A stretch of DNA of 39,267 nt from Azolla caroliniana (GCA_043228905.1 JBHGNT010000287.1:1-39267); one strand, 5' to 3'. Positions 1 to 10,084 are shown, counted from the first letter of the stretch. The notes: generated by a model from the sequence alone, not told the origin. Program-made: numbers and translations.

Positions 1-2532
1 ATCAGAGATATCAAGGGTCGAGGTGTTACGAATGTTTCGCTTCCTCTTCCTACCTCCCCTTCTTGTTTGGCATTCAATCATCTCCAATGTATACTTACCT
101 GTAAAAGCATTTGCACTTCTAGTGTTGTACCAATGAACATTTATAGACTTGATCGTGTTTTCTATTTCATGCATTAGCACTTCTAGAATTTTACCAACCC
201 AAAATTGGTGGCCATGTGAGTTCTCATCAGCCGGCGTTGCAATCAACATCCCCGCGGTGAGCTCTTGCAAATTTCCTTGCCATCTAGCTTCGGCTGCTTT
301 GGTCATCCTTGGTCCCACATAAATGTCTCTTTGTTGTGGATGGACCAAGTTGTCATTAATCGCATTTACTAGTCGCTCCGGACTTCTATTTACGCGATCA
401 TGTTGCAGCGACCATGTGAATGGCGTTTCCAAATTCCAATTATCAACAGATACACAATTGTCTATAATTTCTTTCTTATCACTATAAAATACATCCCACC
501 ATGACGTGTCTTGTTGTGCGGCATATTTCTTGGCGGCCTCAATATGCTTTCTTTTTTCTTCTAAGGCTTGGAGCCATGACCGTTTTTGTTCTGATACCAA
601 GTCGCTCTGCAACTGTCCTTTCTTCTCAATTGGCATTTGCTTAGCTCCATGGACAATTGTACTCGGCATACAAAGTAATAACTGGCAACCACCTTCAGGT
701 TCCCATGTTGTAGAAGATGAATATTGTTTAGCATACAAAAGTGTAGAACCACTTATTCCATTTTTCTTTATCAAAAAAATGTGATTGAAACTTATATTGT
801 TTAACTGAGCAAGCACTTTAACATTCCCACCACCCCCATCTAATATATATCTCTTAAAGTCATATACCTCCTTAAAGTGTAACACTTTTGGGCGTGGTGT
901 ATATGCATCACAAATGACATCAAATAGTTTAGGTAAAGTGAAAGCATCATGCCGAGACAACTGTCTAGAGAATGTGCTAAACATCTGATCTATATGGTCA
1001 TGTGTGTGGCCAACCAAAAGGAAATTGACTTTCACTTTCCTAAACAATTCTAGGTTGACCAACATACTTAGATAGCCAAATACAGTTGAATTTTTGTTCT
1101 CTCTAGCAGTATTGTCCAATTGAATGTATAGAACAGGGGGGAAAGGTTGTCCCCAAGACATCAAAACTTGGTGAATCACTGTAACTGTTAGGTTAGGGTC
1201 ATTGTGAACATTGGGGTAAGTAATGAAGACGTGAGGTCGAACAGACCTATTATAAGCCAAGCATCCCACCAAGTGCATTTGAACAAGGCACTCATCATTG
1301 ACATCTTTGGGGAGCCTCCGCATATGCGGCAAGCATGTCTTCTTCTGGTCCATGCCATCTATCATTAAGCACATGTATTGTTCAGGCCTCTTCAAACACT
1401 TCTCTCTATGATGCATCGCCTTCCTTCGTTCTAAGGATTGTGCCTCACGATGCTCTTGTAGTAACTTCTTACTCGTATCCTTTTCCATTGATGTCTTTGC
1501 ACCTTTAGCCAAACTTTTAAGATTTGCACAAATGGAGCAATACCCCATACGTACTTTACGAGGAATAATAACATTTGAAAACCGAGCTCTCCATAATCTT
1601 GTGAATTGGCTGTAGGTGATAGACTTATTACGTGAGCCCAGCATTTCAGATCGATAGACATCATAAACTTCCCGACGGGTATAATTATCAGAAAGATGCA
1701 TCCTACCTGTAGTGGGCATTACTTCACAATTTAACTGAAAGTAAGTTTTCATCCAGCCAATAGCTAGTCTTCCAATTGCACCTTTCATACTTGGAACCTC
1801 TTTACAATTGAGCATCTGATCCCCGCTAAGTAGACGTTGTTGTACTCTATGTAGCCGCATGTTACTAACACATAACGCAATTTTGAATGCAACTCTACAT
1901 ATCTGTTGCGCATGGAAGATATAATACTCGAATGATACTTTGATCCCCGTACATTTGTCAGATACTAGTTGCATATGTGATCCGAGGTAAGTGTCTTGCT
2001 CATCACCGATCATCGAAAAATAGTATCGCCTTAATTCTCGCAACTTTGATTTTCCAATCATAGACATACAACCACGGGCACAACATATTTTGTTGACATC
2101 AAATCCAATCTGTTTATCTGATGTCACCAAGCTAAATCTAGCCAGACGAATTCTTCGTGGGATTCTTCTAATATGCATAGGGCTCCCAGATTTCTCTTCC
2201 TGCATAGAGGTTGGTGTAACCTTGTTACAGTCTAATTCTCTGTTGTGACCATCGCCAATGTTATTCAATGTTTCCCGGGCACTTCCTTCATTCTCGGTAT
2301 CTTTATTAATATCGTATTCTTCAATAGAGAACTCTTCACATGTGTCATTATTTACATTCCCTGTAGATGAGCTCAGACAATATTCTTCGATAGAATATGG
2401 TGAGTCGGTCGACAGACAATATTCTTCAATCGAATATGGTGACTCTGTTGACAAACAATACTCTTCAGTAGAAAACGATGGGTCTGATGACAAACAATAT
2501 TCTTCAATCGAGAACGGTGAATCTTCACTCAT
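1..2532 (-). CDS. Sola1-like / DUF7869-type DDD transposase, intact ORF of at least 844 aa, 3' end outside window
   Basis: Manual translation from ATG at 2532 is open to base 1 (MSEDSPFSIEEYCLS...STLDISD). Motifs: ICCARGC, QICRVAF, GYCSIC, then LMIDGMDQKKTCLPH (D392), LYIQLDNTARENKN (D473), FLLVGHTHDHIDQMFS (D515). C-terminal FWVGKILEV...INVHWY segment and basic RRGGRKRKR. Family assignment is from motif recognition only. Confidence 0.8.
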   Translation of the reverse strand, partial: MSEDSPFSIEEYCLSSDPSFSTEEYCLSTESPYSIEEYCLSTDSPYSIEEYCLSSSTGNVNNDTCEEFSIEEYDINKDTENEGSARETLNNIGDGHNRELDCNKVTPTSMQEEKSGSPMHIRRIPRRIRLARFSLVTSDKQIGFDVNKICCARGCMSMIGKSKLRELRRYYFSMIGDEQDTYLGSHMQLVSDKCTGIKVSFEYYIFHAQQICRVAFKIALCVSNMRLHRVQQRLLSGDQMLNCKEVPSMKGAIGRLAIGWMKTYFQLNCEVMPTTGRMHLSDNYTRREVYDVYRSEMLGSRNKSITYSQFTRLWRARFSNVIIPRKVRMGYCSICANLKSLAKGAKTSMEKDTSKKLLQEHREAQSLERRKAMHHREKCLKRPEQYMCLMIDGMDQKKTCLPHMRRLPKDVNDECLVQMHLVGCLAYNRSVRPHVFITYPNVHNDPNLTVTVIHQVLMSWGQPFPPVLYIQLDNTARENKNSTVFGYLSMLVNLELFRKVKVNFLLVGHTHDHIDQMFSTFSRQLSRHDAFTLPKLFDVICDAYTPRPKVLHFKEVYDFKRYILDGGGGNVKVLAQLNNISFNHIFLIKKNGISGSTLLYAKQYSSSTTWEPEGGCQLLLCMPSTIVHGAKQMPIEKKGQLQSDLVSEQKRSWLQALEEKRKHIEAAKKYAAQQDTSWWDVFYSDKKEIIDNCVSVDNWNLETPFTWSLQHDRVNRSPERLVNAINDNLVHPQQRDIYVGPRMTKAAEARWQGNLQELTAGMLIATPADENSHGHQFWVGKILEVLMHEIENTIKSINVHWYNTRSANAFTGKYTLEMIECQTRRGGRKRKRNIRNTSTLDISD
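2371..2520 (-). repeat. 39-bp (13-aa) coding tandem repeat, 4 copies, at the transposase N-terminus
   Basis: ACAATA(T/C)TCTTC recurs at 2377, 2416, 2455 and 2494. It translates as S(I/T)EEYCLS-based units, with a degenerate fifth copy FSIEEYDI near 2310-2335. Confidence 0.9.
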
Positions 2533-3187
2533 GGCTTAAGGTCTAGATAGGGCTCTCTAAGTTATACTCCTCTCTAAACATATACTCCTCCCTAAACATA
2601 AACTTCTCTCTAAACAAAAGCCAAATCAATAGAATGTCTATATTATGTAATATTCTATTAATACAATACATCTAAAAATTATTTTTAATAAAGTAATTGT
2701 ACTTAAATTATCAATCATTATATAAACTAGATCTAAATGATGTTAAATCAAGTAAAATATAAAACTAATCATTAACAAGCCATGAATATGTTGGATTAAT
2801 GTTAAAATCATTGGCTAATTAATGGCACCCATTTTGATATAGAACGTCTCACGCATTGGTTCTTTAATGCTCACCATTTTAAATATTAGACTTATCAATC
2901 ATTGGTTAATTCATGCCCACATCTTTAATACATAACATTTGAGAGTCATAAAAATTGTTGCTTTTAGTAATCAATCATTGGTACATTCATGAACCTCTAT
3001 CATTGTCTCCTTCATAACCTTTGAAGTCATTGTAGGTTGTTATGACTATAAAAGATTGATCAATATGTTAGTTTGACTTTGTAATCATTAATACAATCAT
3101 AAGTTACTCTAGTTAATGTGACTATGGTTACCCACTAACTATCCTCAAAGTTACCAACCTTGGTTAAGGTGACTATGGTTACTTTAA

Positions 3188-3212
3188 CCAATGTGTTCAA
3201 TCCCTATAAATA
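3188..3212 (+). promoter_or_regulatory. Putative CCAAT + TATA promoter, divergent from the transposase
   Basis: CCAAT at 3188-3192 and TATAAATA at 3205-3212, followed by a CA-rich leader and ACCATG (ATG at 3356). Confidence 0.35.
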
Positions 3213-3238
3213 GGAAGACCTCGTCATATTTCACTCAC

Positions 3239-3325
3239 CAGAGCGTACAGAGCGTACAGAGCACACAGAACGTAGAGAGCACACAAAGCACACAAAGCGC
3301 TCAGAGCACAAAGCACGAAAGCGCA
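3239..3325 (+). repeat. Degenerate 9-bp tandem repeat (CAGAGCACA-like)
   Basis: cagagcgta cagagcgta cagagcaca cagaacgta gagagcaca caaagcaca caaagcgct cagagcaca... Confidence 0.8.
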
Positions 3326-3440
3326 ATCTCCGCCTCCACTTCAACACGATCAACCATGTCTTCAAAGAGAATCGAGCGCGAGGACTCCAGGTAGGCCTCT
3401 GACACTGTGGACATTTTTGTAAATATGTTTCGTTTCTCAA

Positions 3441-4087
3441 GAACTCGATACGCCGTATCGAGTTCATGTATACAATACAAATATTTATACACGAACTCGA
3501 TACGGCGTATCGAGTTCGTGTTTAAAGTGTAGGTTTCAAAAAGAATCTCGATACGCCGTATCGAGTTCGTGTTTAAAACCTACACTTTAAACACGAACTC
3601 GATACGCCGTATCGAGTTCGTGTTTAAAGTTTGAATTTTAAAAAGGAACTCGATACGCCGTATCGAGTTCCTATTTATAGTGTAGGTTTTAAACACGAAC
3701 TCGATACGGCGTATCGAGTTCGTGTTTAAAACCTACACTTTAAACAAGAACTCGATACGGCGTATCGAGTTCGTGTTTAAAACCTACACTTTAAACAAGA
3801 ACTCGATACGGCGTATCGAGTTCGTGTTTAAAACCTACACTTTAAACAGGAACTCGATACGCCGTATCGAGTTCCTGTTTAAAGTGTAGGATCGAGTTCC
3901 TGTTTAAAGTGTAGGTTTTAAACACGAACTCGATACGCCGTATCGAGTTCCTGTTTAAAGTGTAGGTCTTAAACACGAACTCGATACGGCGTATCGAGTT
4001 CCTATTTAAAATTCAAACTTTAAACACGAACTCGATACGGCGTATCGAGTTCCTGTTTAAAGTGTAGGTTTTAAACACGAACTCGAT
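3441..4087. repeat. Array of 12 complete and 2 partial palindromes GAACTCGATACG-S-CGTATCGAGTTC, ~51-bp period, with self-complementary 26-bp linkers
   Basis: Palindromes start at 3441, 3493, 3543 (1-nt insertion), 3595, 3646, 3697, 3748, 3799, 3850, 3926, 3977 and 4028; partial copies at 3891 and 4079. Linker consensus is GTGTTTAAA-N8-TTTAAACAC. Confidence 0.97.
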
Positions 4088-7000
4088 TGAATGGGAAGCT
4101 CATTGCAAAAGGAAAACGACAAGGAAGAATGTTTATTTTGGATGTTGACATGCCTAGACAGATTTCAGCTATGTTTGCAAATGGAATGAGTGTAGTCTCA
4201 GATGTGGAAATGTGGCATAAAAGGATTGGCCACATAAGTATGCAAACCCTAAAGAATATGTTGAGAAAAGATGCAGTGGCTGGACTACCAAAACTGAAAA
4301 ATTGTGAAATGGGAAAGATATGTGAAGCATGTCAATATGGAAAGCAAAATAGGTTGCCATTCCCTCATGAAAGACATGTAAGTAAAAATTTGTTGGATTT
4401 GGTACATACGGATGTATGGGGACCAACTAAGAATGCATCTATCGGTGGCTGCAGATTTTATGTAACTTTTATTGATGATTGCTCAAGGAAAACATGGGTG
4501 TACTTCATGAAAGAGAAAAGTGAAGTGTTTGAATGTTTTCGTAAGTTTTAATGCATGGTAGAAAAGCAGGCAGGTACAAGAATAAAATGTTTAAGATTTG
4601 ATGGAGGAGGAGAGTATTTCTCCAATGAATTTTCTGATTTTCTATGCAATCAGGGAATAAGAAGACAGTTCACATGTAGATATACTCCACAGCAAAATGG
4701 AGTTGCTGAGAGGAAAAACAGAACATTGGTGAACATTGCAAGGGCTTTGATGACAGAGAAGAATATGCCATTGTACTATTGGGCAGAAGCTGTAAATACA
4801 GCAAATTATATTCTAAATAGATGTATAACATCGGGAGTACATGAAGCAACTCCTGAAGAGTGTTTCTATGGAAGGAAACCTAGTATAGAACACTTAAAAG
4901 TGTTTGGATGCCTTGCATATGTACATGTGCCTGCAGAAGTAAGAAGTAAGCTGGATCCAAAGGCAGAAAAATGTATTTTTGTTGGCTATTCAGAAGAACA
5001 AAAAGGGTATAGATGCTATAACCCTGTAACAAAGAAGATTGTGACAAGTAGGGATGTAATCTTTGATGAGTTAGTCAGCTGGTATAGTCCAAAACAGAAT
5101 CCAGAGACTGATGAAGACAATGAGATTGAAGACAAAGACAAATCTGAAAATGTAGAAGACTGCCACAGAGATGGAAGCAAGGTTGGACAGCAAAGTCCAA
5201 CATCAACAGAATGTTCTGGACCATCAAAAAGCTTAGATGGTAAATCTGATTCAAATTCTTGGAGTGGAAAAAGTGGAGGACACAAAAAATGTGATGATAA
5301 AAAAGGAAAACAGAAAATGCCAAAGTATGAAATGTTGGATGACTTGTCTAAAAACATGGAAGATGAGGATTCAGATGTGTCATTGGATGATCTTCTTGGT
5401 ATAAGAGGATTGAAAATCCCTGGTATGGAAAAAGCATTGAAGGATGCAAATCAGAAACTGAGAAGATCAGATAGAGAGAAAAAAACTGTTGAAAGATTTG
5501 GTTATGATACATACATGGCTATGCATTATGCATACATGTCTAAGGTGGTACAGATCCCTGATCCAAGTAGTTTTGATGAGGCTAAAACTGAGAAGAAATG
5601 GGTGGACACAATGCAAGAAGAGATTGATGCATTGGCTGAAAACAGAACATGGGATTTGGTGAAGTTACCAAAAGAAAAAAATGTGGTAGGTTGCAAATGG
5701 GTCTACAAGACAAAGCATGATTCCAGTGGGAATGTAAGTAGACATAAAGCAAGATTGGTTGCAAAGGGATATGCCCAAATGCAAGGAATTGATTATGATG
5801 AGACATTTGCACCGGTTGCAAAGATGGCAACATTGAGGACATTACTGGCTGTAGGTGCAGCCAGAAGATGGTTTCTCCATCATATGGATGTAAAAAATGC
5901 CTTTTTACATGGTAACTTGGAAGAAGAAGTGTATATGTGTCAACCACCAGGTTTTGAAGATAGGAAGCATCCAGATTATGTATGTAAGCTGAAAAAGGCT
6001 CTCTATGGACTGAAACAGGCACCAAGAACATGGCACAGAGAACTTTCAGATTATCTGAAAAAACTTGACTTCAAAATGTCAAAGGCTGATTCATCATTGT
6101 ATGTTAAAAGGAAAGATGATTGTATGGTTGTGATTCTGATTTATGTTGATGATCTCATCATTGGAGGTGATTTCATGGATGAGATAAGTAAGCTGAAAAG
6201 AAATTTGGAAATGAAATTTCATATGAAAGATTTGGGAGATCTGAGATATTTTTTGGGTATTGAAATCATCAGATCTGAAAGTGGTATATGTGTGTTGCAA
6301 AGACAATATGCAACAACTATGTTGAAAAAGTATGGTATGCTTGGATGCAAACCTATTGGAGTACCACTAGATAAAAACTGCAAATTGAGGGCTGATTTGG
6401 GAGCCAAAATAGAAGATGTAAACATGTACAGGTCTATGGTGGGCAGCCTTATTTATTTGACCATAACAAGACCTGATTTGAGTTATGCAGTTGGATTAGT
6501 CAGCCAATTTATGCAACAACCAACAAAGCCGCATTTGGACTGCATTAGAAGAATTCTGAGGTATGTAAAAGCTACTCAGAACTATGGATTGTTTTACAGG
6601 GCTGATTTGGACATAAATCTGGAAGGATATACAGATGCTGATTGGGCTGGAAGCCAAACAGATAGAAGATCCACAAGTGGATATATCTTTACATTGGGAA
6701 GTGCAGGTATTTCATGGAGTAGCAAGAAACAAGCTATTGTTGCATTGTCTAGTACTGAAGCTGAGTACAGAGGAGCTGCCATAGCCACTTGTGAAGAGGT
6801 ATGGATTAGAAGATTGCTTGCTGATTTGGGAGAGTATATAGAAGGTACTGTCACAATCTGGTGTGACAACATGAGCAGCATTCAACTTGCAAAGAACCCT
6901 GTGTTCAATGCAAGAACAAAGCACATTGAAGTGCATTATCACTTTGTTAGAGAAAAAGTGATTGAAGGAGAAGTTGATCTGGTGTATGTGAATACAAATC

Positions 7001-7143
7001 AGCAGGTTGCTGATATTCTCACAAAGGGATTGAGTGTGGAAAAGCATACACAGTTTCGGAACATGATGGGAGTTGTAGACATTGATATGATGGTTGAAAA
7101 GCATCATGAAAAAGAAGTTGTAGATAACCCCAAGAAAGGATAA
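4087..7143 (+). pseudogene. Copia pol (integrase, RT, RNase H) with one in-frame stop at 4549-4551
   Basis: WHKRIGH...CEACQYGK, VHTDVWGP, TPQQNGVAERKNR, MDVKNAFLHG, LYGLKQAPR, IYVDDL, YTDADWAG, RTKHIEVHYHF. ORFs 4087-4551 and 4555-7143 are in the same frame. Confidence 0.95.
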
Positions 7144-7161
7144 GTTGAGCTTGAGGGGGAG

Positions 7162-7707
7162 TGTTGAGAAGCAAGCTCAACATGGTATGCGATGCTTATT
7201 GGGAAATAAGCTATAGTAGTTATTTAGCTACTTGTGAACATAAAGGAGAAACAGCTAATTAGCTACTGACAGCTAATTAGCTACTGACAGCTATTTAGCG
7301 ACTGACAGCTATTTAGCTACTGACAGCTATTTAGCTACTGACAGCTATTTAGCGACTGATAGCTAATTAGCTACAGGCAGCTAATTAGCTGCATACGTAA
7401 GTAACTTATTACTTAGGTAGAAAGTAAGAGAGTAAGAAAAAAGAAGAAGAAGATATACAGGAAATAGAACTCTGAGAGAGAGATAGTGAGTATAGAGAAA
7501 AAGAACTCAGAGAGTGAGAGCAAGAGAGAGAAACAAACGAGAGCAAGTAGAGCTCTGCGCATAATGAAATAGAAGAAGTTTTGGTTGCTACAGAGGTAAG
7601 TCTCCTTCCCCCTTCCCTTCTGTGTTTGAGCACTAAACGATCTAGCACACCACGATCCGCCGCGCACATAAGAAGAGCTCGAGTGCCTTCTTCACGTTTT
7701 ATTAACA
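7162..7707 (+). repeat. 3' LTR of Copia A, including an 18-bp tandem repeat (AGCTACTGACAGCTA(A/T)TT) at ~7252-7390
   Basis: TG start directly after the PPT. The right end is inferred from TTAACA matching TGTTGA imperfectly; there is no second LTR to confirm it. Confidence 0.65.
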
Positions 7708-8364
7708 AGGGCTACGGCAACAAAGGGAGAAGAGGCCAACGCGGAGGTCGGGACTACGGCGGGAGAAGCGTGTAACACGAAGCATGCATTACGGCGTAAA
7801 ACGGAGCATGCACTATGGCCGGCGAAGGGCCAAGAAGCAAGCATGCAGCCGGAAGGGCGGTAACGAGTGACCGACAACGGCGGACCGGTCGAGCCTTTGA
7901 GAGGCAAGCACGTTGCAAGAGACAGAGCGGTGAGTTGCCGGGATCGGCAGATGAACGATGAAAGCGGAGGATGGTGCGCGGAGAGCAAAGAGTTATGCAC
8001 CGGGGAGAGAAAAAGCGGCGTCTCGGAGGACGTGCGGGGCCAAGCGGGCCAAGAGGATGCGAGTCGGGATGAAGCGGTAACGAGAGCCGTGAAGAACCCC
8101 GACACGAAGGTCGGGATGACAATACGCTCTACTACGAGAGAGCACGGAGAGCAAGGGAGAATTGAGGTGCGCGTAATGGGGTCACCTAAGGACCAAAGAA
8201 TGAGCGTGCATTCGGGGGAGCTACAACGAGTGACCGACGATGACGGTCGGAGGAAGCCTTTGAGAGGCAAGCACGGGACGACGGACGGTGCAGCGAGACG
8301 CCAAGATCTGACGGGAACTCAACGCTCCTTATGTGCAACGTTCGGCCACAACTAGAAGTTAGAA

Positions 8365-9330
8365 TGATACACAGAAAGCGGGAAATGAAACACGACACAA
8401 AGAAGAGGAAGATATACAGGAGGTTTACGTGGAAAATCCCAAACTAGGGGAAAAAACCACGGCAGCCCACAGGCTGCAAATTATCACTATGTTGGAATGT
8501 ACAAACAGTGAGTTCACGGAGGCAACGACCTCGTGCTCACGATCTTCGCCACAGACGGCGGTTACAACAGAGGCAACGACCTCTTTCTCTCTCTCTGTAT
8601 AGTTACACACTCTCTCTTTTCTTGCACCAACAAGAAATGACAACAACTACTAAAAGTTTGCCCTAAGTCATATTTATACTAATATGAATTTTCGGCTATT
8701 TACAAATATAGCCTCGATGGACTCTCAGAAACATATTTACGAATATGTCTCTTCATCCGGTTCATACTGGGTCTGCACCATCCGGCTCTCCGAAGCCGGG
8801 TACTCCTCATCCGGTTCATATCGGGTCTGCACCATCCGGCTCTCCGTAGCCGGGTACTCCTCATCCGGTTCATACCGGGTCTGCACCATCCGGCTCTCCG
8901 AAGCCGGGTACTCCTCATCCGGTTCATACCGGGTCTGCACCATCCGGAGGGACCTGTCTCCCAACAAACTCCCCCTTCACTCCGGCATGGGGTGTCTTAC
9001 CAGTCCGATCCTCTTCCGACATGCGTCCAACTTGTCGGGTGTCAGCACTTTGGTCAACATATCTGACCCGTTCTCGACCGTGTGGATCTTCGTCAGTGCG
9101 AACTCCTGGTCATCTACTCTTTCCCGGATCCAGTGATACCTCCGCTGGATATGCTTCGTCCGGGAATGGTAGGCCGCATTCTTAGCAAGGTGGATGGCAC
9201 TTTGACTGTCGCAATAGAGTCGGTATTCCTCTTGCCGGATACCGAGCTCTCCGATGAAGTCCTTCATCCATAATATTTCTTTGCCGGCTTCCACAGCCGC
9301 CATGTACTCCGCCTCTGTGGTTGACAAACC
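8365..9330 (-). mobile_element. Tnt1-like Copia B remnant: RNase H end, PPT and 3' LTR
   Basis: LSTTEAEYMAAVEAGKEILW...HSRTKHIQRRYHWIRE...SDMLTK, stop at 8977, PPT AAGGGGGAG, LTR starting TGTTGGGAG at 8966 and probably ending ...GTATCA at 8365. Confidence 0.88.
8753..8947. repeat. 54-bp tandem repeat, ~3.6 copies, in U3 of the Copia B LTR
   Basis: TCATCCGGTTCATAyyGGGTCTGCACCATCCGGCTCTCCGwAGCCGGGTACTCC repeated; it explains the 18-aa periodic ORFs in three frames. Confidence 0.95.
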
Positions 9331-9770
9331 AGAGAGGCTAATGGATGAATGGAGTCTTTTAACACAAGAGTTTGGGAAACTCAAAAATTATATTTCTAAG
9401 TATAGAATAATCATGTTGCAAATAACTAATATGGATGGTTTTGACAGGTTGCATTGTTTTGTCTATGATTACGACCATCTGTGACGAAAGAGGTAGAGAA
9501 GCTTGAACTAGCTAGCTTGGAGGAGGCAATCCATATAGCGAAGTGTGTGGACGACGATTGCGAGGCCCCCCAACACAAGCATGACTCCATGGAGAAAGGA
9601 GGAATAGCAAGACCTTGCGATCCAACAAGGAATGTGTCGCCAAGCAAGGTGAGTGAGTGAATCACTCCCTCAAACCCCTTGATTGGGAGCTACATACAAC
9701 AGATGTCCCGATTTGACCAAGGTTGCTTCAAGTGTGGTGGACCACACTTAGCTCGCGTAGCTCGACAGTA
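9330..9770 (+). mobile_element. Decayed Ty3/Gypsy gag fragment
   Basis: NYISKYRIIMLQITNMDGFDRLHCFVY, then after a frameshift KEVEKLELASLEEAIHIA, and a zinc-knuckle start CFKCGGPHLAR near 9724. Confidence 0.6.
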
Positions 9771-10084
9771 CCCTATGCTAGAAGGGGGTTCCTATCTAGT
9801 GGGCAGACGCACGAGTCGAAATGGACAAAGAAGACGAAAAGGAACAATCCTTTAGAGCTTGAGTTCATCAAGCTTACAAAATTGTGTTAGGAACTTTGAT
9901 GTCTCGAACCGCACCTTGTGTTGCTTGAGCCACTCTCAACGTTTTGGTCTACATCCCTTCAACGCCTTTCATCCATCTTCCCGGTGCCCACATTGCTCAT
10001 CCACCTTGGTTGAGTAAACCTTGGCCAGACTGCTCAATCTTTTGCTCTAATGCCCTTTTGAGGCCTTTTCTCCATCTTTCTTCC

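Larger units (their letters stand above)
4087..7707 (+). mobile_element. Ty1/Copia LTR retrotransposon A, 5'-truncated (no 5' LTR, gag or protease), young
   Basis: Pre-integrase/IN-RT-RNase H order, PPT at 7153-7161, 3' LTR starting TGTTGAG at 7162 and probably ending ...ATTAACA at 7707. Confidence 0.92.

Noticed and set aside
506-2539. Short ORFs 506-784, 561-752, 1431-1664 and 2258-2539
   Set aside because: Antisense or off-frame shadows of the long minus-strand transposase ORF.
3441-4087. CRISPR array (25-bp palindromic repeats with 26-bp spacers)
   Set aside because: The spacers are not unique: they are variants of one self-complementary linker with two cores in either orientation. There are no cas genes and the context is eukaryotic.
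7692-8355. 162-aa and 192-aa ORFs in the GC-rich segment
   Set aside because: No recognisable motifs; overlapping open frames on both strands are expected at this GC content.
8684-9136. Repetitive ORFs of 150, 75 and 76 aa
   Set aside because: By-products of the 54-bp LTR tandem repeat and antisense RNase H.
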